The notes under the pieces: generated by a model | Seen by the model: the letters and a program-made list of their open reading frames with translations, nothing else | Told to the model about the DNA's origin: nothing | Database searches by the model: none | Shown here: positions 26,393-36,100 of the stretch, one piece after another | How positions within the stretch are numbered: position 1 is the stretch's first letter | Layout: each line of letters begins with the position of its first letter | Translations under genes and position numbers: made by a program | Assembly (NCBI GenBank): GCA_963678525.2 | Contig: CAXXDG010000002.1 | Location: 890,960 to 930,959, forward strand | Length of the DNA stretch: 40,000 bases | Origin: Desulfobulbaceae bacterium | GTDB lineage: Bacteria > Desulfobacterota > Desulfobulbia > Desulfobulbales > Desulfobulbaceae | Reading direction: 5' to 3'

Positions 26393-26615
26393 ATATTTTC
26401 CCTCCAAGAAAGGTTATGGTGATCTGTTTGGATGACGAAAAAATAATGAGCAAACTGGTGTTGCCGCCAGTTTTACCAATATCTGGATGTGTAATTTATA
26501 ATCTATGGAAGTGACTGTTTGTGAAAACAGTAGGTTATGGCAGGTGAAAAACTAAAAAGCGCAGGTGAATTGATAATAGTTGTAATTTTAAATAGTTATT
26601 ATTAATTCAGCATTC

Positions 26616-27284
26616 TCATTGGTTACGAAAATATCGGATTACTTCTGTGATGTAGCTGGAAAAAGGCTTCGCCCCATTTTCACCTATACTGGGGCCAATG
26701 ATTGTTACTAACTTTTGCAGTGTGCCGCGTTCCCCACCTGTTGGTTGGTGATCATGGTTAATACAACATGTGCATAACCTGAACACGAAATGGCGGACAT
26801 GGAATTTCTTGCCGCCGTCACGGACGTTTCCCTTTTTCCCTGAAGGTGACTCTACTTGTTCGGTTGCTTTTTCAATTCGTAGTAAATCTAGGCCCAATTT
26901 TTTGGGATCAAGATCTGTATTAGGATGATTCAGATCGATATGGTCGTAAGTGTCCAGCAACAATAACGATAATTGATTTCTGACCCACTCTTCCTCAAGA
27001 ATAAAGCTCATTTTCTTAGCAAGCTCATGGAGCTCTACAAGGCTTTCATTTATTTTTCTTTGACATGGTTTGTTTTCGAATTGTTTTACATGCGTCAGGT
27101 ATACATGACAGGCTTTCTCAATACATGAAACGGATTCTGGATTAATGAGCTTTGCAATCTGTTTTTTCTGCTCAGCAGTTAATGTCCCCTTATGAGCTTC
27201 CGATTCCTCGTAGTCTATCTCTTTGATATGTTGTTGGCTTTCCTGGGAAGGTTGTCCGTGGTCGTGCCATCCACCTTTTTTCAT
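26616..27284 (-). CDS. Hypothetical protein (222 aa) between int and alpA
   Basis: Clean ORF in an AT-rich stretch with no recognisable motif. Its C-terminal half is rich in His and Cys (CTCCINHDH). Confidence 0.55.
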   Translation of the reverse strand: MKKGGWHDHGQPSQESQQHIKEIDYEESEAHKGTLTAEQKKQIAKLINPESVSCIEKACHVYLTHVKQFENKPCQRKINESLVELHELAKKMSFILEEEWVRNQLSLLLLDTYDHIDLNHPNTDLDPKKLGLDLLRIEKATEQVESPSGKKGNVRDGGKKFHVRHFVFRLCTCCINHDHQPTGGERGTLQKLVTIIGPSIGENGAKPFSSYITEVIRYFRNQ

Positions 27285-27306
27285 AATTTGCCCTTATAAA
27301 GAGAAC

Positions 27307-28545
27307 TCACTTGTTTGCTTGCTGCCCAATTGGAATTATCTCTGCACCATATTCAAGTTGTTGCAGTAGATCCGCCCACCACTGCATGAGCTCACGGCGC
27401 TGTTCCATGTATTCGCTTCGATGATAAGCTGCCCGGATCTTATTTCTTTCTTCATGGGCGAGTGCTTTTTCAATTACATCACCATTAAATCCTGATTCAT
27501 TGGCAATAGTGCTGAAGGTGGCTCTAAAGCCATGCACAGTCGCTTTAGAATGATATCCGAGGCGGTATAATCCATACAGCATTGTATTTGCGGATAACTG
27601 TTTACTGCCCTGTCTGATTCCTGGAAAAATAATTCCCTGCCCTCCGTAAAGCACTTTGAGCCTTTGAAGGATGGCTAATGCCTGCTTTGAAAGAGGAACA
27701 TTGTGCTGGCTGGACATCTTCATTCTTTCTGCAGGGACTCTCCAGATATTATTTTCCCAGTCTATTTCGTTCCAGGTTGCCCCCCTGACTTCATCTGTCC
27801 TTGCAGCGGTGAGTATCAGAAATTGGAGTGCAAGTTTTGTATTGATATGGATATCGCCGGCAGAAATATCCTTTAGCATTTGGGGCAAGTCTTCCCGACT
27901 GATAGCGGCATGGTGTACTCGTTTTTTTGGTTTCAGAACACCCTGCATGTCTGCAGCTGGATTATACGTTGCGCGGCCAGTTTGGATGGCATACCGAAAA
28001 ACAGAGCTCATTCTCTGTAATACTTTTCGTGCTATTTCTAATGCGCCCCGTGATTCTATGCTTCTGATTATTTCGAGTATTTGTGGTGGTGATATATTAT
28101 CAATGGGAAGATGGCCTATACTGGGAAAGGCATCGTGTTGAAGTGTTGCCAGGACGTGGTCACTATGGCTTTTTGACCAGCGTTCTCGCTGAAGAGTCAC
28201 CCACTCCTGGGCCAGTGATTCAAAAGAGTCTCTCTTGCTTTGATTTTTCGCACGTTCTTCTTCAATAACAATCTGCTTCTCTTCACGTCGTTTGCTTGCC
28301 GGGTTCTTTCCAGCTTTGACAAGCTCCCTGGCCTCCTGTCTTGCTTTCCTGGCATCCTCTAAACTAATTTTCGGGTACGACCCGATCACGTACGTTGATT
28401 CTGTACCCGCTATTTTGTAACGGTAGCGCCAGGTTTTCTTTCCAGACTTGGCAACGTGAAAATATAAGCCATGGCCATCACTTAGCTTGTATGGCCTTTC
28501 TTTTGTCTGAGCGTTGCGGACTTGAAGAGCGGTGAGTTTACCCAT
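27307..28545 (-). CDS. int: Tyrosine recombinase, P4-type integrase with DUF4102-like arm-binding N-terminus
   Basis: N-terminus GKLTALQVRNAQTKERPYKLSDGHGLYFHV...KTWRYRY. Catalytic residues are visible in LTAARTDEVRG, HGFRATF and LAHEERNKIRAAYHRSEY. ATG at 28545 lies 7 nt after GGAGGGG. Confidence 0.92.
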   Translation of the reverse strand: MGKLTALQVRNAQTKERPYKLSDGHGLYFHVAKSGKKTWRYRYKIAGTESTYVIGSYPKISLEDARKARQEARELVKAGKNPASKRREEKQIVIEEERAKNQSKRDSFESLAQEWVTLQRERWSKSHSDHVLATLQHDAFPSIGHLPIDNISPPQILEIIRSIESRGALEIARKVLQRMSSVFRYAIQTGRATYNPAADMQGVLKPKKRVHHAAISREDLPQMLKDISAGDIHINTKLALQFLILTAARTDEVRGATWNEIDWENNIWRVPAERMKMSSQHNVPLSKQALAILQRLKVLYGGQGIIFPGIRQGSKQLSANTMLYGLYRLGYHSKATVHGFRATFSTIANESGFNGDVIEKALAHEERNKIRAAYHRSEYMEQRRELMQWWADLLQQLEYGAEIIPIGQQANK

Positions 28546-28667
28546 GTTTCCCCTCCATGAAATCGGGTACAAAATATAAGGGTATTCGTGTGCGAAATGC
28601 TTATACCCACATCTGTACCCGATTATTTCATGGATTTCAATGGAAGAAAATGGAGTGTGATGGAAAC

Positions 28668-28700
28668 AAAAAACCCGCTAACCATTGCTGGTTGCGGGAT
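28668..28700 (-). terminator. Intrinsic terminator of tRNA-Leu / secG operon
   Basis: Same hairpin as at 10345-10369, followed by U6 on the minus strand, 35 nt after the tRNA CCA end. Confidence 0.75.
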
Positions 28701-28762
28701 TTAAGTACCAAGATGGACAACCTTGGATATATAATTGGTGCCGAAGGCGAGAGTCGAACTCG
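28668..28762. repeat. tRNA-proximal att repeat
   Basis: Counterpart of 10338-10431. It spans the tRNA terminator hairpin, the 35-nt spacer and the last ~26 nt of tRNA-Leu. Confidence 0.85.
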
Positions 28763-28821
28763 CACGACCGTGGGCCACTACCCCCTCAAGATAGCGTGTC
28801 TACCAATTCCACCACTTCGGC
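28736..28821 (-). tRNA. leuU: tRNA-Leu (anticodon GAG), CCA encoded
   Basis: The reverse complement GCCGAAGTGGTGGAATTGGTAGACACGCTATCTTGAGGGGGTAGTGGCCCACGGTCGTGCGAGTTCGACTCTCGCCTTCGGCACCA folds as a class II tRNA: 7-bp acceptor stem, anticodon loop TTGAGGG, long variable arm, T-arm GCGAG/CTCGC. The position directly after secG matches E. coli secG-leuU. Confidence 0.93.
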
Positions 28822-28831
28822 ACTCTTTATT

Positions 28832-29191
28832 TTATTCTGCTGCCTGCGGCTCCGCAGGTTGATCCTGACTGTTTTCCACAGGTGGCGTGACCTGTTCACC
28901 AGCCGGAGTATCTGCCTGCTGCTCCACGGAGATGCTCGCGTTTTTCATAACTGAGCTGGAGCTTTTATTTACCGACATATAGGCCAGGGAGACCGAGGTC
29001 CCCATGAACACTATAGCTGCAAGAGTAGTTATTTTATTGAGCAATGGCACAGGTCCTTCAGCACCAAACAGTGATTGACTGGACCCTCCAAATGTGGCTC
29101 CTATATCTGCCCCTTTTCCGTGCTGCAATAAAACTATTGCGATCAGGAAAAGACAAACAATTACGTGTATTATTATTAATAAATTAGTCAT
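28832..29191 (-). CDS. secG: Preprotein translocase subunit SecG
   Basis: VLLQHGKGADIGATFGGSSQSLFG signature, two TM segments, 119 aa. Confidence 0.9.
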   Translation of the reverse strand: MTNLLIIIHVIVCLFLIAIVLLQHGKGADIGATFGGSSQSLFGAEGPVPLLNKITTLAAIVFMGTSVSLAYMSVNKSSSSVMKNASISVEQQADTPAGEQVTPPVENSQDQPAEPQAAE

Positions 29192-29943
29192 GTGAATTTG
29201 ATAATTCGTGCAAAAGACTCGAACTGCAGTGCTGCACCGCCTACCAGCGCACCATCAATATCCGGTTGCGCCATCAGCGCATCAACATTCTCAGGCTTAA
29301 CCGAACCACCATACAATATTCTTACTTGTTCGGCAACCGTTTTGTTCATTTTTTCTTCCAACAACTGTCGAATAAAGGCGTGGACCTCTTGGGCCTGCTC
29401 CTTTGTTGCCGTTTTTCCCGTGCCGATCGCCCAGACCGGCTCATAGGCAATAACAACGGATTCCATCTGTGCTTCACTCACCCCCTGCAAACCGTCTGTT
29501 ATCTGCTGCTCCAGAACAGCGAAGGTTTTATCAGCCTCACGTTCTTCAAGGGTTTCTCCTATGCAGAACACTGGAATAAGTCCATCTGTCAGGGCGCCAA
29601 GCACCCTCTGGTTAATCATGGCATCATTCTCAGCGAATATCTGCCGTCGTTCGGAATGCCCGATAATGGCCATGCCGACATGCAGGTCCTTCAGCATAAG
29701 GGGAGAGATTTCCCCGGTAAAAGCGCCTTGCTTTTCCCAGCACACATTCTGAGAGCCCACACGCAATTTTGAGCCCTGCACGGCTTGGGCAACGGCATCG
29801 AGTGCCGTAAAAGGAGGAGCAACCATCACCTCCCTATCATCGTAGGCATCAGCCACTTCTGCAAGCTGTTTTGCGAGTTCAACACCTTCACTGACGGTAA
29901 GGTGCATTTTCCAGTTCCCTGCTATTAAAGGTTTTCTGGACAT
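29188..29943 (-). CDS. tpiA: Triosephosphate isomerase
   Basis: AGNWKMH, IGHSERR and YEPVWAIGTG motifs. ATG at 29943 follows GAGGAG (the track start at 29973 lacks an RBS). Confidence 0.93.
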   Translation of the reverse strand: MSRKPLIAGNWKMHLTVSEGVELAKQLAEVADAYDDREVMVAPPFTALDAVAQAVQGSKLRVGSQNVCWEKQGAFTGEISPLMLKDLHVGMAIIGHSERRQIFAENDAMINQRVLGALTDGLIPVFCIGETLEEREADKTFAVLEQQITDGLQGVSEAQMESVVIAYEPVWAIGTGKTATKEQAQEVHAFIRQLLEEKMNKTVAEQVRILYGGSVKPENVDALMAQPDIDGALVGGAALQFESFARIIKFT

Positions 29944-29986
29944 ACAATTCTCCTCTATATCATTCGTATTCATTTAGACAAGTAAT

Positions 29987-31159
29987 TCAGGATAAAGCCA
30001 ATACCCCCGGCAGGTCCTTTCCTTCCATAAGCATGAGAAACGCTCCGCCGCCGGTGGACATGTAGGAAATATTTTCAGATTCACCGGCTTTTTTAATTGC
30101 GGCATTGGAATCTCCTCCCCCTGTTACACTGAGGGCATGGGACGCCGCCACTGTATGGGCGATCGCCATTGTTCCTCTTGAGAAGGCATCCATCTCAAAA
30201 GCTCCCATGGGTCCGTTCCAGACGATGGTCTTTGCCTCAGCAAGAGCCTCGGTAAAATACAGTACAGATGCCGGACCGATATCCAAGGCCATCCATTGCC
30301 CGGGTATATCCTGAACAGTGACCTGTTTGCAAACGGCTTCATTGTCAAATTTCTCGGCCGCGACCACGTCAACGGGCAGGTAGACTTTCACGCCCTTTTC
30401 AGCTGCCTGCTTCAGCAGGGCCGCAGCGGTATCGACAAGATCGTCTTCCACCAGGGAAGCACCGACATTATACCCCTGACTCTTTAAAAAGGTATTGGCC
30501 ATAGCTCCACCAAGGATCAGGCGGTCCACTCTGTTGAGCATATTCTCCAAGGCCTGTAATTTGCCGGACACCTTTGCTCCACCGACAATGGCAACAAGAG
30601 GTCGTATCGGGGTATCAATGGAACGCTGAAAATAATCAAGCTCACGCTGCAGCAGAAATCCTGGAGCCTTGTCTGCAATAACCCCTGCCACACCGACAAC
30701 AGAAGCGTGGGCACGATGGGAAACGGCAAAGGCATCGTTGATGTATACTTCTGCCAACGCGCCAAGCTGTTTTGCAAACTGCTCATCATTTTCTGTTTCC
30801 TGCTTATAAAATCTGACGTTTTCCAACATCAAAACGTCACCATCCTGCATCTGTCCGACAAGCGCTTCAACATCCGGTCCTATGCAATCCGGCGCCAGGG
30901 CAACCTTTTTGTCAATCAGGCTCGCCAAATGCTCTGCAACCGGCGCCAGGGAAAATTTCTCCTGCCTTTCCCCCTTTGGCCTGCCCATGTGCGTGCAGAG
31001 GATGGTACGCGCCCCCTGTTTCACGAGATATTCAATGGTAGGCAATGCCATCTGCATGCGCAGATCATCCTGCACCTGACCATCCTTCATGGGGACATTA
31101 AAATCAACGCGAACGAACACTCTTTTCCCAGAGAGGGCGAGATCTTGTATTTTTTTCAC
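29987..31159 (-). CDS. pgk: Phosphoglycerate kinase
   Basis: RVDFNVP, hinge and C-terminal GGGDS/STGGGA motifs, 390 aa. Confidence 0.95.
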   Translation of the reverse strand: MKKIQDLALSGKRVFVRVDFNVPMKDGQVQDDLRMQMALPTIEYLVKQGARTILCTHMGRPKGERQEKFSLAPVAEHLASLIDKKVALAPDCIGPDVEALVGQMQDGDVLMLENVRFYKQETENDEQFAKQLGALAEVYINDAFAVSHRAHASVVGVAGVIADKAPGFLLQRELDYFQRSIDTPIRPLVAIVGGAKVSGKLQALENMLNRVDRLILGGAMANTFLKSQGYNVGASLVEDDLVDTAAALLKQAAEKGVKVYLPVDVVAAEKFDNEAVCKQVTVQDIPGQWMALDIGPASVLYFTEALAEAKTIVWNGPMGAFEMDAFSRGTMAIAHTVAASHALSVTGGGDSNAAIKKAGESENISYMSTGGGAFLMLMEGKDLPGVLALS

Positions 31160-31172
31160 GGGTTCCTCCGAT

Positions 31173-31625
31173 TTAACCTATAGGTCTCTGTAAAATAACG
31201 GCATCCTCAACAGGATGCGTGTAATATTTTTTTCTGGTTGCAATAGCAACAAACCCTAACCGTTCGTAAAACACCCCGGCAAGAGTGTTGGAACTGCGAA
31301 CTTCCAAAAAACAGGTCGTTACCCCTACATCACACAGGGCTTTTGCTCCCCGTTCCCAGAGGGCCCGTCCTACTCCCTGCAGGCGATAATCAGGTGCTAC
31401 CCCGATACGCAACAATTCCGATTCGGGGACTACATATCTGAATATTGCGTATCCGCACACGGACAACCCGTCAACTGCCAGCAGATGAACCCCCAAGGGA
31501 TATTGCAATTCAGCGAGCAGCTGGGTACAGGACCATGGACTGTCCATGCCTTTCCTTTCCAGGACATGGACAGCTTCCAGATCATTGTTGTCTATCGTGC
31601 GTATGTCAAACCATTTTTTCTGCAA
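31173..31625 (-). CDS. rimI: GNAT acetyltransferase, RimI-like (ribosomal-protein-alanine N-acetyltransferase)
   Basis: 150 aa with the GNAT motif A LRIGVAPDYRLQGVGRAL. The start overlaps the gap 3' end by 20 nt. Confidence 0.7.
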   Translation of the reverse strand: MQKKWFDIRTIDNNDLEAVHVLERKGMDSPWSCTQLLAELQYPLGVHLLAVDGLSVCGYAIFRYVVPESELLRIGVAPDYRLQGVGRALWERGAKALCDVGVTTCFLEVRSSNTLAGVFYERLGFVAIATRKKYYTHPVEDAVILQRPIG

Positions 31626-32826
31626 CAGATACGGTTAAATCTCCCAGCATATTCGTATAACTGCCCAATTCATTATCATACCAGCCATAAATAACGGTCT
31701 GGGTAACCGGGACGTCCAGAACCGCCGGGACACTCTCCTCGGTAAGGGACACGCCCTTGATGTGTTTCAGGTTTACCTTGATGGAGGCTGTGCGGGTATG
31801 AATTTCAGTTGACTCAATAACAGCCGCAGCCCTTGGTATTCCAATTATATCTGAAGAGACATTTTGTTCTGTGGAATGGACAAGGTAGGGTGTATTTTCC
31901 GCATACTCGCTATAGATTGAATTAATCAAGTCCCGTTTAACAGGATTGTCCATCTCATCCTGCAGGTTCAGGACGAGTACGATAAGCGAACCTGTGGAAG
32001 TCGGAATGCGTACGGATTCAGCAATAAATCCAATGGTCTTCATCTCAGGAATAACCAAGCCGAGAGCTTTGGCTGCTCCGGTAGTGGTTAAAATAATATT
32101 ATTCAGGATGGAACGATTCTTTCTCAGGTCCGTTGCACCTGAAGCAGGCATCCGGTCGAGAACCTGCTGACTTCCGGTAGCGGCGTGGACCGTGACCATA
32201 GAGGCCGAGAGCATGCGGTCGGGGCCGAAATGATCCAACAGCGGTTTTATCATATATGACAGACAGGTGGTAGTACAGGAAGCCGCGGATATAATACTGT
32301 GACGTGACGGATCATATTCATCATCATTAATGCCCATTACAGTTGTGACGGCATCTTCGGGCATGTCAAGTCCCTTTGCCTTGATCTTAAAGGGCGCGGA
32401 GAGCATGACTTTCTCGGCTCCGGCCTGCAGGTGTCCACGAATGGCTCCTTTAGCATCTTCGGGATCTGCAGTGGGATCCTTGAATACCCCTGTGGTGTCC
32501 ACCACCAGCCTGACCTCATTGGCCTGCCAGGCGATATCTTTCGGGTTGCGCGCAGTCCTGAGAAAACGAACCGGTACCCCGTCAATGGTCATTGTCCCTT
32601 CTGATTCGTTGAGATTTTCAATGACGCGCCCGCCTTTGTGCCCATGCAGATACATGCTCAAGCGACCATAGGAAGAATCTTTCTCTATGGTTGCCGCGAT
32701 GTCCTGTAAGCCTGAACCCACATTTCTGCCAAGATTCACCACAATCTCAGAAAAATGTTTCCTTGATACATGATGCCACAGTGATAATTTACCTATTCTA
32801 CCAAGTCCGTTCAATCCTAGCTTCAT
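31606..32826 (-). CDS. gap: Glyceraldehyde-3-phosphate dehydrogenase, long form (~406 aa)
   Basis: NGLGRIGK Rossmann start, active-site SAASCTTTCL and C-terminal WYDNELGS. ATG at 32826 follows GAGAGGAG. Confidence 0.88.
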   Translation of the reverse strand: MKLGLNGLGRIGKLSLWHHVSRKHFSEIVVNLGRNVGSGLQDIAATIEKDSSYGRLSMYLHGHKGGRVIENLNESEGTMTIDGVPVRFLRTARNPKDIAWQANEVRLVVDTTGVFKDPTADPEDAKGAIRGHLQAGAEKVMLSAPFKIKAKGLDMPEDAVTTVMGINDDEYDPSRHSIISAASCTTTCLSYMIKPLLDHFGPDRMLSASMVTVHAATGSQQVLDRMPASGATDLRKNRSILNNIILTTTGAAKALGLVIPEMKTIGFIAESVRIPTSTGSLIVLVLNLQDEMDNPVKRDLINSIYSEYAENTPYLVHSTEQNVSSDIIGIPRAAAVIESTEIHTRTASIKVNLKHIKGVSLTEESVPAVLDVPVTQTVIYGWYDNELGSYTNMLGDLTVSVAEKMV

Positions 32827-32980
32827 GGGCCCGTATTCTCCTCTCTGATGTATTGGTTGAAAAAAGTGCATAGCGTACTATCTTGTCCCCACCCGGAAAC
32901 GGTATTTCAGAGCCTGCCCAGCATGTCGCGAGGCAACAATACCGTCTCTCCTTCACTAAAATTTTACCCACGTACAACTC

Positions 32981-33682
32981 ATGTTACTTCCAGAACGCCG
33001 TACACACGCAACGCTTGTCAAAAGATACAAACGCTTTCTTGCAGATGTTCAGTTGGACGACGGCGCCGTACTGACTGTCCATTGCCCCAACAGCGGTTCC
33101 ATGCTCGGGTGCTCGAAACCGGGACTTCCCGTGGTGATTTCCCTCTCCAATAACCAAAAGCGAAAATATCCTTGGACACTGGAACTTGTTCAGGTTGACC
33201 GGCACTGGGTCGGTGTCAATACCTCCTTGACCAACAAACTGGTACATGAGGCGCTTAACAATGGACAGATAGACAATTTTGCCGCAATCAGTTCAATTAC
33301 ACCTGAAATAAAGATTTCAGAGAAAAGCCGTCTGGATTTCATGATTGAGCATAAAGATAAAACGAATACAACGTATCTGGAAGTAAAAAACTGTTCCCTG
33401 GCTCAAAACGAGACAGCTCTCTTTCCCGATGCCGTAACTGCGCGTGGAACAAAGCACCTGGAAGAACTCATCCATCTGCTGCAGCAGGGGTATAATGCAG
33501 CTATCCTTTTTTGCATCCAGAGGGAGGATGTTCATGTGTTTCAACCGGCAGCGGACATTGACCCGAAATATGCCGAAACCCTGCACAAAGCTGCAGAGGC
33601 AGGTGTAAAGATCCTGGCTTACAAGGCCCATGTTTCTCCCAGCGAAATCTACATTCAGCAGGAAGTTCCAGTGATAGTATAG
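32981..33682 (+). CDS. sfsA: Sugar fermentation stimulation protein SfsA
   Basis: ATLVKRYKRFLADVQLDDG...TVHCPNSGSMLGC closely parallels the E. coli SfsA N-terminus. 233 aa. Confidence 0.9.
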   Translation: MLLPERRTHATLVKRYKRFLADVQLDDGAVLTVHCPNSGSMLGCSKPGLPVVISLSNNQKRKYPWTLELVQVDRHWVGVNTSLTNKLVHEALNNGQIDNFAAISSITPEIKISEKSRLDFMIEHKDKTNTTYLEVKNCSLAQNETALFPDAVTARGTKHLEELIHLLQQGYNAAILFCIQREDVHVFQPAADIDPKYAETLHKAAEAGVKILAYKAHVSPSEIYIQQEVPVIV

Positions 33683-33843
33683 CACACTGTACAAATTTCA
33701 CGGAAAAATCACGTACAGTTTCCGCGCATACAAACTAAAGGGTTTCCTGAATAATCCAAATTTCGGAGTCTGCGCTTACCTTCGAGGATAATTATCTGAA
33801 CATAACACCGAGATTGGGCGAAAAAGCAATTATTCAAGGCAGC

Positions 33844-35112
33844 CTACAGTTTGAATTGCACCACGCCCTCAACCATTGTCAATACAGCCCTGCCTTTGAA
33901 TTGCCGGCCGATAAAAGGTGAATTTTTGCTTTTTGAAACAATCACATCTTCCGTGTAGGTAAACACATGATCAGGATCTATGATCGTTATATCCGCCGGT
34001 TCTCCCGGTGAAAGATTCCCACCCTGCACACCAAGGATTCTCGCAGGATGAACGGACATCAACTCAACGAGCCGGGAAAAATCCAGGACACCTGCATGCA
34101 CAAGCTGTAGTCCAAGGGGTAGAGCTGTTTCCAGGCCTATAATTCCGTTGGCGGCGGCATCGAACTCAAGCTCTTTTTCCAGAATGGAATGGGGGGCATG
34201 GTCCGTGGCTATGGCATCGATCGTCCCGTCACACAGGGCTGCTGTTATGGCATCCACATCTGCCTGTTCGCGCAAAGGGGGATTCATTTTCGCATTGGTG
34301 TCGTACCCCTTGACCGCATCATCGGTCAAACTGAAATAGTGAGGTGCCGTCTCTGCGGTCACGGGAACCCCTCTCTGTTTGGCGGCGCGGATAAGGTCTA
34401 CCGACTGGGCGCAGCTCACATGCGCAATATGCACAGGCTTGCCGGTAAATTCAGCCAAGGCGATATCACGATATACCATTACCGATTCAGCGGCAACCGG
34501 GATGCCTTTCAAGCCAAGAAGTGTTGAATTGCAACCCTCGTTCATTACCCCTGTACTTAACGCAGGATCTTCACAATGGGAAATCACCGCCAGCTGAAAA
34601 TCAGCGGCATATTCCAGTGTACGCCGCATCAACTGACTGTCTATGACCGGAAGCCCGTCATCAGATACAGCCACGGCTCCATTCTCACGCAAATCTCCCA
34701 TCTCCGTAAGCTCGCAGCCTTTACTGCCTTTGCTGACAGCGCCCACCGGGTAGATTCGAGCAGAAGCCTGTCGGGCCTTATCCAGGATAAAACGACAGAC
34801 TGATGCGCTGTCATTGACGGGATTGGTATTCGGCATGCAAGCCACTGCAGTAAAGCCGCCATGTACTGCACTACGCGTACCGGAAAGAATATCTTCTTTG
34901 TATTCCTGGCCGGGCTCCCGCAGGTGAACATGCATATCAATGAGTCCAGGGACAACGATTTGTCCCTTCGCGTCAATAATTTGAACATCTGCAGGCAGAT
35001 CAGCGGCAGTCTCTGCAATCTTGCCGTCCAGGACATATATATCCTGACATCGGTCAATCCCATTCAGCGGATCGATCACCCGGGCCTGCTGAATAATCCA
35101 TGAAGTATTCAT
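33844..35112 (-). CDS. pyrC: Dihydroorotase (class I, multifunctional-complex type)
   Basis: [13 protein letters not shown] and ATDHAPH motifs. Adjacent to pyrB. Confidence 0.9.
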   Translation of the reverse strand: MNTSWIIQQARVIDPLNGIDRCQDIYVLDGKIAETAADLPADVQIIDAKGQIVVPGLIDMHVHLREPGQEYKEDILSGTRSAVHGGFTAVACMPNTNPVNDSASVCRFILDKARQASARIYPVGAVSKGSKGCELTEMGDLRENGAVAVSDDGLPVIDSQLMRRTLEYAADFQLAVISHCEDPALSTGVMNEGCNSTLLGLKGIPVAAESVMVYRDIALAEFTGKPVHIAHVSCAQSVDLIRAAKQRGVPVTAETAPHYFSLTDDAVKGYDTNAKMNPPLREQADVDAITAALCDGTIDAIATDHAPHSILEKELEFDAAANGIIGLETALPLGLQLVHAGVLDFSRLVELMSVHPARILGVQGGNLSPGEPADITIIDPDHVFTYTEDVIVSKSKNSPFIGRQFKGRAVLTMVEGVVQFKL

Positions 35113-35155
35113 GAACACGTCATCTCAGTCAGTATGTTAATAAAATGATACCCTT

Positions 35156-36088
35156 TCATGAGTTCCCCATCACCAGATACAGCAATGCCATACGAACCGC
35201 CACACCATTGGTAACCTGGTTCAGAATAACGGACTGGGAACAATCTGCGACTTCCGGGCTCAACTCAATGCCGCGATTGACCGGCCCGGGATGCATGACA
35301 AGCGCGTCTGGTTTTGCGAGTTTGAGCAACGCCCCTGAAATCCCGAAATGCCTGGCGTACTCCCTGAAGGACGGGAGTAACGGATCGTTTTGGCGTTCTT
35401 TTTGAATACGCAGTGTCATTACCACATCGGCATCACGCACAGCACTCTCCAGGGAAGATTCAACCACGGCGCCAAGTTTTTCCAATCCCTTTGGAATAAG
35501 GGTCGACGGCCCATACACATGCACACTGGACCCCATTTTTGTAAATCCTTCAATACCCGAGTGCGCCACCCTGCTGTGCATGATATCGCCGATAATGGCA
35601 ATCTTCAGGTCATGGAGACGCCCTTTGTGCTCCTTTACGGTCATCATATCCAGAAGGCCCTGAGAGGGGTGCTGGTGGGCGCCGTCGCCTGCATTGATGA
35701 CCGACGCATTCACATACCTGGCCAGCAGGTGCGGCGCACCTGAAAAGGAATGCCTGATAATGATAATGTCAGGGTGCATTGCCGAAATATTACGGGCGGT
35801 ATCGATCAGCGTCTCACCCTTGGTGGTGCTGCTGGTGGAAGGAGATATGTTGAAAGTGTCGGCGCTCATCCTTTTCGCGGCCACCTCAAAACTCAGCCTG
35901 GTGCGAGTCGAAGGCTCAAAAAAAAGATTGATAATCGTATGCCCTCGTAATGTAGGCACCTTTTTGATCGGCCGTGCAGATATTTCCTTAAAGGAATCTG
36001 CAGTATTCAATATATGGGTGATATCATCAGGCGAAAGTTGATCTATACCCAGTACATGTCGATGAGGGAAAAAGTATCCTGTTGCCAC
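35156..36088 (-). CDS. pyrB: Aspartate carbamoyltransferase catalytic subunit
   Basis: FEPSTRTRLSFE, HPSQGLLD and HPGP motifs. GTG at 36088 lies 5 nt after GGAG (alternative GTG at 36094). Confidence 0.92.
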   Translation of the reverse strand: MATGYFFPHRHVLGIDQLSPDDITHILNTADSFKEISARPIKKVPTLRGHTIINLFFEPSTRTRLSFEVAAKRMSADTFNISPSTSSTTKGETLIDTARNISAMHPDIIIIRHSFSGAPHLLARYVNASVINAGDGAHQHPSQGLLDMMTVKEHKGRLHDLKIAIIGDIMHSRVAHSGIEGFTKMGSSVHVYGPSTLIPKGLEKLGAVVESSLESAVRDADVVMTLRIQKERQNDPLLPSFREYARHFGISGALLKLAKPDALVMHPGPVNRGIELSPEVADCSQSVILNQVTNGVAVRMALLYLVMGNS

Positions 36089-36100
36089 GCGCACTCCGGT

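Larger units (their letters stand above)
10339..28698 (-). mobile_element. Integrated ~18.3-kb satellite/PICI- or P4-like island at tRNA-Leu(GAG)
   Basis: Bounded by direct repeats (perfect 31-bp block at 10339-10369 and 28668-28698). A tyrosine integrase lies next to the tRNA, followed by AlpA, primase-helicase and origin, phage tail genes and AT-rich cargo. Housekeeping genes lie on both outer sides. Confidence 0.85.

Noticed and set aside
28557-28954. Plus-strand ORFs of 101 and 89 aa across the att site, tRNA-Leu and the secG 3' end.
   Set aside because: They overlap a well-folded tRNA gene and the secG coding region on the other strand.
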